A DNA stretch of 64,000 nucleotides from an uncultured Planctomycetales bacterium (GTDB taxonomy: Bacteria; Omnitrophota; Gorgyraeia; Gygaellales; Profunditerraquicolaceae): assembly GCA_964427405.1 (NCBI GenBank), contig CAYRUB010000002.1:68741-132740 (forward strand), written 5' to 3'. Numbering within the stretch: position 1 is the first letter of the stretch; each line of letters begins with the position of its first letter. A model generated the notes under the pieces. That model did not search any database, was not told the origin of the DNA, and worked only from the letters and a program-made list of their open reading frames with translations. Of the stretch, positions 37,414 through 47,355 are shown piece by piece. A program made the position numbers and the translations under genes.

Positions 37414-39810
37414 ATGCGCAGATTAATCTTAATATCTTTAACCGTTTTCCTTCTTTTCGTTACCGCCTCCTTTGTCTTTGCTGAAGAAAATCTACAGAAC
37501 CAGCCCCAACAGAATACTGTTGTTTCTTCTGAGGCAGCGCCTTCAGCAAAGAATGTCACTGCCATAGAAGTCAAAGGCAATAAATCTATCAGCACCAATG
37601 TAATCGTTTCTAAAATGAAGACGCGCATTGGCAGCCCCTATCAGGAAAATATCATCAGCGATGATTTAAAAAGGCTTTACCTGTTGGGTTTCTTCAGTGA
37701 TATTAAGATAGATACCGAGGCGTATAAAGATGGATTAAAAGTCGTGCTTAACGTTGTAGAAAGGCCGATTATAGATAAAATAAGTTTTACGGGGATAAAC
37801 CGGATTACCATGAAGGAAGATAAATTGAAGCAGCAGTTGAAATCAAAAGAGACGCAATATCTGGATTATCCCAGCCTGTCTGAGGATGTGCGCACGCTAA
37901 AGAAGATGTATGAGAAAATAGGTTATAGCCAGGCTGACGTTACTTATAAAGTTGAGCTTAAGCCTGAAACAAATAAGGCAGTGATAAGTTTTGATGTTGT
38001 AGAGGGCCAGAAAGTCCGTATTAAGGATATTATCGTCCAGGGGAATAAGTCTTTCTCAAGCGGACGTATCCTGAAGTTGCTTAAGATCAAACGCGCCTGG
38101 TTTTTTAATGCCGGGGTTTTAAAAGAAGATGTGTTAAAGGAAGATATGGAGCGCGTCAAATCATTTTATCAACGGGAAGGTTTTACTGATGTCGTGGTAG
38201 AATATGAGGTCAATCCTGATGCTCAAAAGTCATATTTGTTATATGTTACGATTAAGGTTACAGAAGGTAAAAAATATCTCGTAGGTTCGGTGGTCATTCA
38301 AGGAAATAAGGATATTGTTGAAAAAGCTATTCTTAGCCGTCTTAGTGAGTGTGTCCCGGGTAAGGTTTTTAGCGCGGATGCAATGAAAAAAGATGTTACT
38401 AGTATACAGGGGTTATATTTTGACCGTGGATATATATCTGCGCAGGTCCAGGAGTCAACTATAGTTAACCCGGATACCGGACGCGTAGATATAACCTATT
38501 CGATTATCGAAAACCAGATAGTTTATGTGGATAAGATTAAGGTCCGCGGCAATATCAAAACCAAGGATGTAGTTATTCGCAGGGAGATGCGCCTGCATCC
38601 CGGGGACAGGTTTGACGGTGAGAAACTTCGCCGGAGCAAGGAGAGGTTGACAAACTTAGGTTTCTTTGAAGAGGTCAGCTATGACACTGAAGATACCCCG
38701 GAGCCGGATAAAAAGAATTTAGTGGTTGATGTGAAGGAAAGTAAGACCGGGGCTTTCAGTTTCGGAGGCGGATATAGTACGGTTGATCAGTTCGTGGGTT
38801 TTGTGGAGGTTGAACAAAAGAATTTCGACTGGAAGAATTGGCCGTATTTTACCGGAGCCGGCCAGAATTTGAAGGTGCGCGCATCCATCGGTAGCTCGAG
38901 CAATGGTTTTGAATTGAGTTTTACCGAGCCATGGCTATTTGATTATCCGGTTTCTTTTGGCTTTGATCTTTACCGCCGCACGCATGACCGGGACACTGAT
39001 TCAGGTTATGGTTATGATGAAAAGGTTACCGGAGGGGATCTGCGTTTAGGTAAAGAGATATCCGAATACTTAAGAGGGGATATAATGTATCGTTTGGACC
39101 AGGTTGACTTAAGCAACCCATCCGATACCACTGATACCAACCTGATGGATGAAATGGGCACGAATCTGATTAGCACGATTTCCCCCAGCTTAACTTATGA
39201 CTCCAGGGATAATGTCTTTGATGCCAGAAAAGGTAATTTATTAACTGCTTCTTTTGATTTTGCCGGCGGCCCGCTTGGCGGTGATAAAAATTTTACAAAG
39301 TTTTTTGCCCGGGCATCTCATTATTTTCCGATGCCCAGAGGCGCTGTACTTGAGGTAAGAGGCAGGCTTGGTTTGGCACAGCCTTATGGTAGTACAGAAA
39401 AGATCCCTATTTATGAAAGATTCTTTGCCGGCGGCGCTTACACAATAAGAGGTTATGAGGAAAGAAAAGTCGGGCCGGTTAGTAGTGGTAGTGATCATGA
39501 TCCTATAGGCGGCGCGTCTATGGTAGTGGGCAATATTGAGTATACTTATCCTTTATTTAGTTTTTTAAAAGTCGCGGCTTTTTATGATGTAGGTAATGTC
39601 TGGGAGAAAATAGGTGATATGTTTTCAAATAAAAATGCTAACGGAGTAGAGAATAGCGGTGGGCTTAAGTCCAGCGTGGGTTTAGGCTTGCGTATTAAAA
39701 CCCCGATTGGCCCGATTATGTTGGATTACGGTATCCCTTTTGATAAAGAGCCTGGCGAGAGTGATAAAAAGAGCGGGCAATTCCATTTCAGCGCCAGCCA
39801 TGGATTTTAA
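37414..39810 (+). CDS. bamA: Outer-membrane protein assembly factor BamA
   Basis: 798 aa with a signal peptide, a length compatible with five POTRA repeats (IEVKGNK..., ISFTGIN..., IIVQGNK..., VVIQGNK..., IKVRGN...), and a C-terminal beta-barrel ending in aromatic F. Confidence 0.9.
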   Translation: MRRLILISLTVFLLFVTASFVFAEENLQNQPQQNTVVSSEAAPSAKNVTAIEVKGNKSISTNVIVSKMKTRIGSPYQENIISDDLKRLYLLGFFSDIKIDTEAYKDGLKVVLNVVERPIIDKISFTGINRITMKEDKLKQQLKSKETQYLDYPSLSEDVRTLKKMYEKIGYSQADVTYKVELKPETNKAVISFDVVEGQKVRIKDIIVQGNKSFSSGRILKLLKIKRAWFFNAGVLKEDVLKEDMERVKSFYQREGFTDVVVEYEVNPDAQKSYLLYVTIKVTEGKKYLVGSVVIQGNKDIVEKAILSRLSECVPGKVFSADAMKKDVTSIQGLYFDRGYISAQVQESTIVNPDTGRVDITYSIIENQIVYVDKIKVRGNIKTKDVVIRREMRLHPGDRFDGEKLRRSKERLTNLGFFEEVSYDTEDTPEPDKKNLVVDVKESKTGAFSFGGGYSTVDQFVGFVEVEQKNFDWKNWPYFTGAGQNLKVRASIGSSSNGFELSFTEPWLFDYPVSFGFDLYRRTHDRDTDSGYGYDEKVTGGDLRLGKEISEYLRGDIMYRLDQVDLSNPSDTTDTNLMDEMGTNLISTISPSLTYDSRDNVFDARKGNLLTASFDFAGGPLGGDKNFTKFFARASHYFPMPRGAVLEVRGRLGLAQPYGSTEKIPIYERFFAGGAYTIRGYEERKVGPVSSGSDHDPIGGASMVVGNIEYTYPLFSFLKVAAFYDVGNVWEKIGDMFSNKNANGVENSGGLKSSVGLGLRIKTPIGPIMLDYGIPFDKEPGESDKKSGQFHFSASHGF

Positions 39811-39934
39811 AATAAATAATTACTAACCAACACCCCGCGTTGCCCAGGCACCTGGCCCCTATGGGAATTGGGTCAGTGTTTGCCACGTGGCGAAAATTGT
39901 GCGGGTGTGCCCTTGAGGGCAAGGAGGAAGTAAA

Positions 39935-40438
39935 ATGAGAAAGACAGCAGTAGTTTTAGGCAGTATGGTTATTGGTTTGTTTTTGTTTGCAGGAAGCGCT
40001 CAAGCCGCGGATAAATTTGGCTATATTGATTTAAGCCGTACCTTTAGTGAATATAGCAAAACCAAAGGGTATGATAAAACTTTAAACGATAAAGAAAAAG
40101 TTTATACAGACGAGCGTGATAAAAAAGTAGCTGAGCTTAAAGCCCTTCAGGATAAATTTAATTTACTTAATGATAAAGAAAGAGAAGCGAAAAAGGGCGA
40201 ACTTGAAACCAAGATGAAGGCATTCCAGGATTCTGACCGCCAAAAGCAGGAAGCTTTGCGTAAAGAGCAGGATGAGAAAATGAAAGAGATACTCAAGGAT
40301 ATTGAAGATGCGGTGAAGAAATACTCGGAAAAAGAAGGCTACACCATGGTTTTTAATGACCGTGTGTTAGTGTATCAGAATAAGGCCCTGGAGATTACAA
40401 ACCAGATTATTGAGGCTTTAAACAAGGTTAGCAAATAA
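39935..40438 (+). CDS. skp: Periplasmic chaperone Skp/OmpH
   Basis: 167 aa with signal peptide ...AGSAQA and a Lys/Glu-rich coiled-coil body. Conserved bamA-skp-lpxD synteny. Confidence 0.85.
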   Translation: MRKTAVVLGSMVIGLFLFAGSAQAADKFGYIDLSRTFSEYSKTKGYDKTLNDKEKVYTDERDKKVAELKALQDKFNLLNDKEREAKKGELETKMKAFQDSDRQKQEALRKEQDEKMKEILKDIEDAVKKYSEKEGYTMVFNDRVLVYQNKALEITNQIIEALNKVSK

Positions 40439-40452
40439 AATAAATATTCATA

Positions 40453-41493
40453 ATGTTGCATAAAACCCTGAATGAAATAGCCAAATTTATTGGCGGAAAG
40501 GTTATCGGCGACGGAGATACCTTAATTACGGGTGTCTCGGGTATTAAAGAAGCGGCAGAGGGGGATATTACCTTTCTGGCTAATTCTAAATACAGCCCGC
40601 TTATGGATAAGACGGCTGCTTCGGCGATTATTACCTCAGCTGACGCGCAGAAAACCGCAAAGCCGGTTATTTTAACCGAGAACCCTTCCCTGGCATTTAC
40701 CAAGATCATCTCTATGTTTATACCTGATGATATAGGGCATCCAGAGGGTATAGATTATACCGTGGTTATGGGCAAGAATGTAACCTTGGGTAAAGATGTG
40801 GCTATCGGGCCTTATGTAGTTATCGGGGATAATGTATCTATCGGAGACAAATCAATAATTTACGCGGGTTGTTTCATCGGCCATCACAGTAAAATCGGAA
40901 GCCAGACATTAATTTATCCGCATGTCTCAATACGCGAGCGCATCAGTATCGGCAGCCGTGTAATTATCCATTCCGGAACTGTGATTGGTTCAGATGGTTT
41001 TGGATTTGTTACGATTAAGGGTGCGCAGCATAAGATACCCCAGGTGGGTACGGTTGAGATTGCTGATGATGTGGAGATTGGGGCTAATGTTACTATTGAC
41101 CGGGCGCGCTTTGATAAAACTGCGATCGGCTGCGGCACTAAAATTGACAATCTTGTGCAGATCGGCCATAACGTAATTATCGGCGAGAACTGTTTAATCG
41201 TGGCCCAGGTGGCTATAGCCGGCAGCACGATTGTTGGCAACAACGTAACTTTAGCCGGACAGGCAGGCCTAGTCGGACATATTACCATTGGAGACAATGT
41301 GATTGTGACCGGGCAATCAGGCGTATCTAAGTCTGTACCTGCAAATACCATGGTTTCCGGATATCCAGCCCGGCCCTTTATGACTACTCAAAGGGTGAAT
41401 GCCAGCTTGCAGAACCTGCCTAAGTTATTTGATCTAGTTAAAGAATTAAAGAAAAAGGTTGAAGAATTAGAAGCCAGATTGGGTAAGAAATAA
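40453..41493 (+). CDS. lpxD: UDP-3-O-acylglucosamine N-acyltransferase
   Basis: N-terminal LpxD domain ([16 protein letters not shown]...ITFL.N.KY), a long hexapeptide-repeat helix, and a C-terminal coiled-coil. Confidence 0.9.
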   Translation: MLHKTLNEIAKFIGGKVIGDGDTLITGVSGIKEAAEGDITFLANSKYSPLMDKTAASAIITSADAQKTAKPVILTENPSLAFTKIISMFIPDDIGHPEGIDYTVVMGKNVTLGKDVAIGPYVVIGDNVSIGDKSIIYAGCFIGHHSKIGSQTLIYPHVSIRERISIGSRVIIHSGTVIGSDGFGFVTIKGAQHKIPQVGTVEIADDVEIGANVTIDRARFDKTAIGCGTKIDNLVQIGHNVIIGENCLIVAQVAIAGSTIVGNNVTLAGQAGLVGHITIGDNVIVTGQSGVSKSVPANTMVSGYPARPFMTTQRVNASLQNLPKLFDLVKELKKKVEELEARLGKK

Positions 41494-42785
41494 TGGAAAA
41501 GCAAAAGACAATTGCCGGCCAGGTTTCGCTTTCCGGCATTGGCATACATACAGGGAATAAAGTAAATATAACTCTTAAGCCCGCTCAGGCGTCTTCGGGG
41601 GTGACCTTTATCCGTACAGATATTCCCGGAGCTCCGAGGATACAGGCTAACGTACAGTCATTTCTTGCGGCTAAATTCAGCCGCCGCAGTTCAATTGGCA
41701 ATAATGAAGTAGAGGTGCAGACGATAGAGCATCTTATGGCTGCCCTCTCCAGTTTAGGGATAGACAATATCGATGTAGGGATAGATAGTAATGAACTTCC
41801 GGGCATGGATGGAAGTGCAATTAAATTTGTGGAAGCACTTGAGAAGGTAGGGGTAGTTGAACAGGAGCAGGAAAAATATATCCATGTAATTAAAGAGCCT
41901 ATATGTATTGAAGATGGAGCGTCTTCAATTACGGTTGTGCCGTCAAAAGAGTTTAAGATTTCATATACTTTAAATTATGACCATCCTTTGCTAGAGGCGC
42001 AATTCTTAGAGATATGCGTTAATGCGGAATCTTTTAAAGCTGAGATTGCCCCGGCGCGAACTTTTTGTCTTGAGAGCGAAGCCTCTGAATTGCAAAATCA
42101 GGGTTTAGGTTTAGGCGCTAATTATGAGAATACCCTGGTTGTAGGTAAAACAGGGGTAATTAAGAATAGCTTGAGATTTAAGGATGAGTTTGTCAGGCAT
42201 AAGATACTTGATTTAATCGGTGATCTTTGCCTGGCCGCCTGTCCTATCCGGGGCCACGTGATCGCATTAAAAAGCGGGCATTCTTTAAATTTAAAGATTG
42301 CCCAGAAGATCTATGAACAGAAGACAAAAGCACAAGGAGCCAATACTATGGAAGGGGTTTTAGACGTTAATGAAATTATGAAGATTATTCCGCATCGGGA
42401 GCCGTTTTTATTTGTTGATCGGGTGACCATCCTGGAAAAAGGCAAACGCGCGGTCGGCGTTAAGAATGTAACTATAAACGATTATTTTTTTAGAGGTCAT
42501 TTCCCGGGCCGTCCGGTTATGCCTGGGGTAATCATCGTTGAGGCCATGGCGCAGGTAGGCGGGGTAATGATGCTTGCTTCCGAAGAGAACAGGGGAAAGC
42601 TGGCCTTCTTTTTATCCATTAATAATGTAAAATTCCGTAAGCCGGTAGTTCCGGGAGATCAGTTAGTGCTTGAGGTTGAGGCAATAAAGGTAAAGTCAAA
42701 AACCGGCCAAGTCCGCGGCAGGGCATTAGTAGACGGCAAAGTAGTGGCGGAAGCCGACTTTGTATGTGCCTTGGTGAGTAATTAA
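41493..42785 (+). CDS. lpxC-fabZ: Bifunctional UDP-3-O-acyl-GlcNAc deacetylase / 3-hydroxyacyl-ACP dehydratase (LpxC-FabZ fusion)
   Basis: The N-terminal ~280 aa is LpxC-like (GIGIHTGN, TIEHLMAAL, HKILDLIGDL, KSGHSLN). The C-terminal ~140 aa is a FabZ hotdog (IPHREPFLFVDRV, GHFPGRPVMPGVIIVEAMAQ). Confidence 0.9.
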   Translation: MEKQKTIAGQVSLSGIGIHTGNKVNITLKPAQASSGVTFIRTDIPGAPRIQANVQSFLAAKFSRRSSIGNNEVEVQTIEHLMAALSSLGIDNIDVGIDSNELPGMDGSAIKFVEALEKVGVVEQEQEKYIHVIKEPICIEDGASSITVVPSKEFKISYTLNYDHPLLEAQFLEICVNAESFKAEIAPARTFCLESEASELQNQGLGLGANYENTLVVGKTGVIKNSLRFKDEFVRHKILDLIGDLCLAACPIRGHVIALKSGHSLNLKIAQKIYEQKTKAQGANTMEGVLDVNEIMKIIPHREPFLFVDRVTILEKGKRAVGVKNVTINDYFFRGHFPGRPVMPGVIIVEAMAQVGGVMMLASEENRGKLAFFLSINNVKFRKPVVPGDQLVLEVEAIKVKSKTGQVRGRALVDGKVVAEADFVCALVSN

Positions 42786-42786
42786 T

Positions 42787-43566
42787 ATGCAAATACATCC
42801 CAGTGCGATAGTTTCCCCAAAAGCAAAACTTGAAGCGGGCGTAATTGTCGGTCCGTATAGCATAATTGGCGATAATATAAGCATTGGCGCCGATACGGTA
42901 ATTGGCGCTCATTGTGTAATTGAAGGCAATACTGCTATTGGCAAAGGCTGTGAAATATTTACCGGAGCGGTAATCGGCAGCCGGCCGCAGGACCTTAAAT
43001 TTAAAGGCGAAGATGTTTTTCTGGAGATAGGCAGTAATAATATTATTCGCGAGTATTGCACCCTTAATCCAGGTACCGGTGAAGGCGGCAAGACGATTGT
43101 CGGGGATAACAATTTGTTAATGGCCTATTCGCATATTGCCCATGATTGCCGGGTTGGAAGCGGTTGTATACTGGCCAATAACAGTACTTTGGCTGGCCAT
43201 GTTAGCATTGAAGACAGGGCAGTTGTCGGAGGAATAGTTGCTATCCATCAGTTTGTCAGAGTTGGCATGCTTTCTATTATCGGAGGCTGCTCCAAGGTAG
43301 TTCAAGATATTCCCCCGTTTTCTACATGCGACGGGCATCCTGCCCGGGTCTATGGTTTAAACCTTATCGGCCTGAGGCGCAAAGGTGTTTCCCGCGAATC
43401 CATCAAGCAAATTGACCGGGCGTTTAAATTAATATTTAATTCCGGATTGTCCCCAAAACACGCTATTCTAAGAGTGGAAAAGGAATTAGTTAAGACTGAA
43501 GAGATAGCTTATCTGGTTAATTTTATCAAAAGTTCAGAGCGCGGCCTGACCCGTTCCTGCCGCTAA
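42787..43566 (+). CDS. lpxA: Acyl-ACP--UDP-GlcNAc O-acyltransferase
   Basis: MQIHPSAIVSPKAKL, hexapeptide repeats, GSRPQDLKFKGE, and a C-terminal helical domain. Confidence 0.9.
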   Translation: MQIHPSAIVSPKAKLEAGVIVGPYSIIGDNISIGADTVIGAHCVIEGNTAIGKGCEIFTGAVIGSRPQDLKFKGEDVFLEIGSNNIIREYCTLNPGTGEGGKTIVGDNNLLMAYSHIAHDCRVGSGCILANNSTLAGHVSIEDRAVVGGIVAIHQFVRVGMLSIIGGCSKVVQDIPPFSTCDGHPARVYGLNLIGLRRKGVSRESIKQIDRAFKLIFNSGLSPKHAILRVEKELVKTEEIAYLVNFIKSSERGLTRSCR

Positions 43567-43574
43567 AAATACAT

Positions 43575-44378
43575 ATGGAAAAGATTGGTTTGATTGCCGG
43601 GAACAGAAAATTCCCTCTGCTTTTTGCCGCAAGCGCTAAGAAAAAAGGGTATACCGTTATTGCTATTGCCATTAAAGGCGATACCTCACTTAAGCTAAAG
43701 AAATTAGTTGATAAAATCTACTGGTTAAGTCTTGCTGAATTCCATAAAATATTCACTATATTTAAATCTGAAGGGGTTAAGGATGTGGTTATGGCCGGGC
43801 AAGTCAGCCCGGTTAGGTTGTTCAGCAAGGAAATTAATAAAAGTGAAGAGTTGCGGCAGATATTAGCCAGCCTGAAAGATAAAAAAACGGATACTTTGTT
43901 TGGAGCCGTAGCGCAAAGATTAGAGGCAAATGGGTTGAGCCTTTTGGATTCCACTACTTTTATTGAAGATTATCTGCCTAAAAAGGGCACACTTACGAAC
44001 CTCGAGCCTGATTTTGATACATGGGAAAATATTTACTTTGGTTTAAACCTGGCTAAGGCTGTGGCTGATTTGGATATCGGCCAGACGGTGGCGGTGAAAA
44101 GTAAAGCCATAGTCGCAGTTGAGGCTTTCGAAGGAACGGATAATTTAATTCGCCGGGCAGGTAAAATCGGCCATGGTAGGATTGTGATTGTTAAAGTAAG
44201 CAAACCAAAGCAGGATATGCGTTTTGATATTCCTGTTATTGGGCTAAATACCGTAAAGAATCTGGTTAAGGTAAAGGCCAGATGCCTTGCTTTTGAGGCA
44301 GGTAAAACACTTTTTATTGATAAAGAAGCAAGCCTTAAGCTTGCCGATAAAAAAGGTATCTCGATAGTTGCGGTATAG
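43575..44378 (+). CDS. lpxI: UDP-2,3-diacylglucosamine hydrolase LpxI (DUF1009)
   Basis: IGLIAGNRKFPLL N-terminus, EAFEGTDNLIRRAG and DMRFDIPVIG motifs. Position after lpxA. Confidence 0.75.
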   Translation: MEKIGLIAGNRKFPLLFAASAKKKGYTVIAIAIKGDTSLKLKKLVDKIYWLSLAEFHKIFTIFKSEGVKDVVMAGQVSPVRLFSKEINKSEELRQILASLKDKKTDTLFGAVAQRLEANGLSLLDSTTFIEDYLPKKGTLTNLEPDFDTWENIYFGLNLAKAVADLDIGQTVAVKSKAIVAVEAFEGTDNLIRRAGKIGHGRIVIVKVSKPKQDMRFDIPVIGLNTVKNLVKVKARCLAFEAGKTLFIDKEASLKLADKKGISIVAV

Positions 44379-44392
44379 ATAATGTAAGATTA

Positions 44393-44493
44393 TCCTTGCT
44401 CACTTTGTTCGCAAGGACTTCGCTGGATTAAACCTTAAGGTGCTCGATTCACGCATTGACTTACTCGCACTGCCGTGCTCGTAAGTCAAGCGT
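44393..44493 (-). repeat. Intergenic hairpin element (dispersed family), inverted orientation
   Basis: TCCTTGC (44393-99) / GCAAGGA (44411-17). CCTTAAGGTGCTC (44433-45) is the reverse complement of GAGCACCTTAAGG. ACGC-a-TTGACTTAC (44451-64) / GTAAGTCAA-GCGT (44481-93). The minus-strand loops read gaacaaagtga and gagcacggcagtgcga. Confidence 0.65.
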
Positions 44494-44556
44494 TCATAAA
44501 CTTCTTGACATCGGCTGGTTGTAGTGTGAAAATAAGTGTAAACAAAGGAGGTAGTT

Positions 44557-44832
44557 ATGCCACGTTTAGCCGGAACAAAATTAACAGAATTTAAGTTATA
44601 TGCCCCTGGAGCCAAAAAGGTTGTGCTTGCCGGAAGTTTTAATAAATGGGATACCAGCAAACTACTCGCTAAGAAGGATAGTAAGGGTAATTGGTTGGTA
44701 AAGGCCGGGCTTAAGCCGGGAAGGCACGAATATAAGTTTATCGTCGATGGATCGTGGGTAAATGACCCCCGCTGTACCTCTTGTGTGGCTAATTCACTCG
44801 GAACGCATAATTGTGTTGTTGAAGTAAAATAA
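44557..44832 (+). CDS. Glycogen/starch-binding domain protein (CBM48 / AMPK-beta-like)
   Basis: 91 aa. KKVVLAGSFNKWD...GNW...L.PGRHEYKFIVDGSWVNDP is the AMPK1_CBM/CBM48 signature. Confidence 0.75.
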   Translation: MPRLAGTKLTEFKLYAPGAKKVVLAGSFNKWDTSKLLAKKDSKGNWLVKAGLKPGRHEYKFIVDGSWVNDPRCTSCVANSLGTHNCVVEVK

Positions 44833-44930
44833 TTGAACTTTTTAAGGGTTATTAAGTGAACTTTAGGGCGCTGCTTAATGAGTAGCGCCCTATTCCTTGT
44901 TCGCCAGATAAGAACCATAGGGCACTCATT

Positions 44931-45650
44931 ATGAAATATATATATGGACCGATAAAATCGCGCAGATTGGGACTTTCCTTAGGCCTAAGCCTTAGCTTAC
45001 ATAAAACATGTAATTTGGATTGTATTTATTGCCAATGGGGCTCGACCCCAGTGACTGTTTCTGAGAGAAAGGAATATGCCAGGGTTGATGAAATTATCTT
45101 CGAGTTAAAATCCTGGCTGCAAAATAATCCTCGGGAAGCTAAGCAGCTGCGTTTTGTGACTCTTTCCGGGCTGGGAGAGCCGACATTAAATACATGTATC
45201 GGTGAACTGATCGGCCAGGTAAGAAAGATTACCGGCGCTAACATAGCTGTAATTACTAACTCTACTCTTTTAGGTGACCCCTTAGTGCGTAAGTCCATCT
45301 TAGGGGTAGATTTGATTGTTCCTTCTTTGGATACGGTAGATCCGGAAATATTCAAACAGATTGATCGTCCTTGCGCCGGTATAAAATTAGATGAGATTAT
45401 AAATGGCTTAGTTGCCTTAAGAAAAGAATTCCCGGGTAAGATCTGGCTTGAGGTAATGCTTGTTTCTGGTGTAAATGATGATATCCGGCATATTAAGGAA
45501 TTACACAAGTCTATCCAGCGCATAAACCCGGATAAAATTCAGCTTAACTCTCCGGTGCGCTCAACCGCAGAAAAGAATGTTTTTTCCGTTGAGAAAGCTA
45601 AACTAGAGAAGATCCGCGAGATGTTAGGTAGCAAAGCGGAGATTATTTAA
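44931..45650 (+). CDS. Radical SAM protein (small, function unknown)
   Basis: 239 aa. YGPIKSRRLGLSLG then the CNLDCIYC cluster motif. TLSGLGEPTL SAM-binding-like motif. Confidence 0.7.
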   Translation: MKYIYGPIKSRRLGLSLGLSLSLHKTCNLDCIYCQWGSTPVTVSERKEYARVDEIIFELKSWLQNNPREAKQLRFVTLSGLGEPTLNTCIGELIGQVRKITGANIAVITNSTLLGDPLVRKSILGVDLIVPSLDTVDPEIFKQIDRPCAGIKLDEIINGLVALRKEFPGKIWLEVMLVSGVNDDIRHIKELHKSIQRINPDKIQLNSPVRSTAEKNVFSVEKAKLEKIREMLGSKAEII

Positions 45651-45656
45651 GTTTTT

Positions 45657-45730
45657 GCGCCTGTAGCTCAACTGGATAGAGCGCTAGCCTTCGGAGCTAG
45701 GCGTTGCAGGTTCGACTCCTGCCAGGCGCA
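45657..45730 (+). tRNA. tRNA-Arg (TCG)
   Basis: Hand fold: GCGCCTG/CAGGCGC acceptor, D-arm GCTCAACTGGATAGAGC, anticodon stem CTAGC/GCTAG with loop CTTCGGA, T-arm GCAGG-TTCGACT-CCTGC. No CCA. Confidence 0.85.
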
Positions 45731-45742
45731 TTAAATCCACAT

Positions 45743-46198
45743 ATGTCCAACTTTAACAAAATAACCTACGCTTCAATTATTTCCCTCCTAGTATTTATAG
45801 GCATAATCCGGCTGCAGCTTTTCGCCTCCGAGGCCGGAGAAAAGAAATTGATTTATTTTAAGAGTAATTCTTTTCTTGTGGAGATAGCAGAAACTAAGCA
45901 ACAGCAGGAAAAAGGGTTGATGTTTGTAAGAAGCCTGCCTTATAATTCAGGGATGCTTTTTATTTATAAGGATGAGGCGCCCAGGTCTTTTTATATGAAG
46001 AATACATACATACCCTTAGATATAATCTGGATGAACAAGGAAAAGAAAATTGTTTTTATAAAGAAAAACGCTGAACCTGAAAACCTGGATGCTTACGAGA
46101 CAATCTCTCCTCGTGAAGAGGCCATGTATGTGTTAGAATTAAGCTCTGGTAGTTCAGAGAGGATTGGGTTAAGAATAGGTGACAGGTTGCAGTTCTAG
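45743..46198 (+). CDS. DUF192-family protein
   Basis: Start at ATG 45743; the tracked start at 45704 lies inside the tRNA. Signal/TM segment, then GLMFV...GMLFIY...MKNTYIPLDIIWM, typical of DUF192. Confidence 0.65.
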   Translation: MSNFNKITYASIISLLVFIGIIRLQLFASEAGEKKLIYFKSNSFLVEIAETKQQQEKGLMFVRSLPYNSGMLFIYKDEAPRSFYMKNTYIPLDIIWMNKEKKIVFIKKNAEPENLDAYETISPREEAMYVLELSSGSSERIGLRIGDRLQF

Positions 46199-46242
46199 CA
46201 TTTTAAAGTGAAAGTGGTATAATTAATAAAAGGAGGGAAGAG

Positions 46243-46581
46243 ATGAGAAAAATCATTATTTTTTTGTGCTTAGTGTTAGCCGGCTGCGCCACGGTTCCGT
46301 GTGAAAATAAGGTTCCGTCTCAAGCTGTCAAAATGGAATCTACCGTTACTCTCAATCAAAATGAACTGGATAGCATTATCAATATATTTAGCGAGGCTAT
46401 CAAAAATAACCCTGCTTATGCAGGCGCATATTATAATAGGGCGGTTGCCTATTATTATAAAAAAGACTATGACAAAAGCTGGCAGGACATACATAAGGCG
46501 CAGGATTTGGGGTTTAAAAATGATCCCATGTTTATAGGGCTAGTCAATAAATTAAAGATGGCTTCCGGCAGGGAGAAATAA
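46243..46581 (+). CDS. Small TPR lipoprotein
   Basis: Lipobox LVLAGC, plus one or two TPR units (AYAGAYYNRAVAYYYKKDYDKSWQD). Confidence 0.6.
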   Translation: MRKIIIFLCLVLAGCATVPCENKVPSQAVKMESTVTLNQNELDSIINIFSEAIKNNPAYAGAYYNRAVAYYYKKDYDKSWQDIHKAQDLGFKNDPMFIGLVNKLKMASGREK

Positions 46582-46635
46582 TCTTATTATTAAAAAGCAG
46601 GTAAAAGCCCTCGTTAAAGCCTGGGAGGAAAAGGC

Positions 46636-47019
46636 GTGGTGAAGTTTCTTAAATTGTGGTTTCCTGTTGCTGCCTGGGCTGTTTTTATCTTCTACCTTTC
46701 AGGTATCCCTGATTTAAAGACTGGCCTTGAGTTTGATTTTATTCTAAGAAAAATATCCCACCTTGTTGAATATCTGATCCTTGTTTGGCTTCTATATCGA
46801 GCATTTGCAGGATCATTCGATAATATTAATATTCCGCGTCTTTTTATTTATCCGGCTGCCATATCTTTTCTCTATGCCATATCCGATGAGTTGCATCAAT
46901 CGTTTGTCCCGGGCAGAAACTGTTCCACTCAGGACCTCCTAATTGATGCTCTGGGCATACTTATTTTCTATATTATTAATATTTTTGTATCCCGCAAGAA
47001 AAGGAGAATTATAATTTAA
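46636..47019 (+). CDS. VanZ-like membrane protein
   Basis: KISHLVEYLIL and SDELHQSFVPGRNCSTQDLLIDALG match the VanZ family signature. Confidence 0.7.
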   Translation: MVKFLKLWFPVAAWAVFIFYLSGIPDLKTGLEFDFILRKISHLVEYLILVWLLYRAFAGSFDNINIPRLFIYPAAISFLYAISDELHQSFVPGRNCSTQDLLIDALGILIFYIINIFVSRKKRRIII

Positions 47020-47023
47020 GCAA

Positions 47024-47218
47024 ATGCCTGGTTATCTCTGTCCTCATTGCAAGCAACCCGTTTATGATGATGAAGCCATATTATGCCTTTATTGTGGAGA
47101 AAACCTTGGCCGCAGCGTAGGTTTTATGGGAAAATTAAGGTACCCTAAACATGCAATAATAACTATAGTTTTGATAATCGGAGTGCTGCTCAGTTTTATA
47201 ATATTGATAATTCAATAG
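47024..47218 (+). CDS. Zinc-ribbon protein with C-terminal TM anchor
   Basis: 64 aa with CPHC...CLYC and a hydrophobic C-terminal helix. Confidence 0.5.
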   Translation: MPGYLCPHCKQPVYDDEAILCLYCGENLGRSVGFMGKLRYPKHAIITIVLIIGVLLSFIILIIQ

Positions 47219-47355
47219 TCGGTATTACCGCCCAGCTTATAGAAGCTCCCGAGAAGCTATAAGGTAACCAAAAACTAGTTGATTTTAGGTTGTAATGGCG
47301 GGATAATGAAATAGCCTTATAATTGGTTGGCGACTAAACGCCAAAGGAGAGAGCG

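Noticed and set aside
41493-42785. LpxC-FabZ fusion as a novelty
   Set aside because: Bifunctional LpxC/FabZ proteins are already known in several diderm phyla, so this is reported only as a feature.
44400-44918. 172-aa minus-strand ORF
   Set aside because: It runs antisense to the well-supported CBM48 gene and through the intergenic hairpin element. The sequence is low-complexity with no motif.
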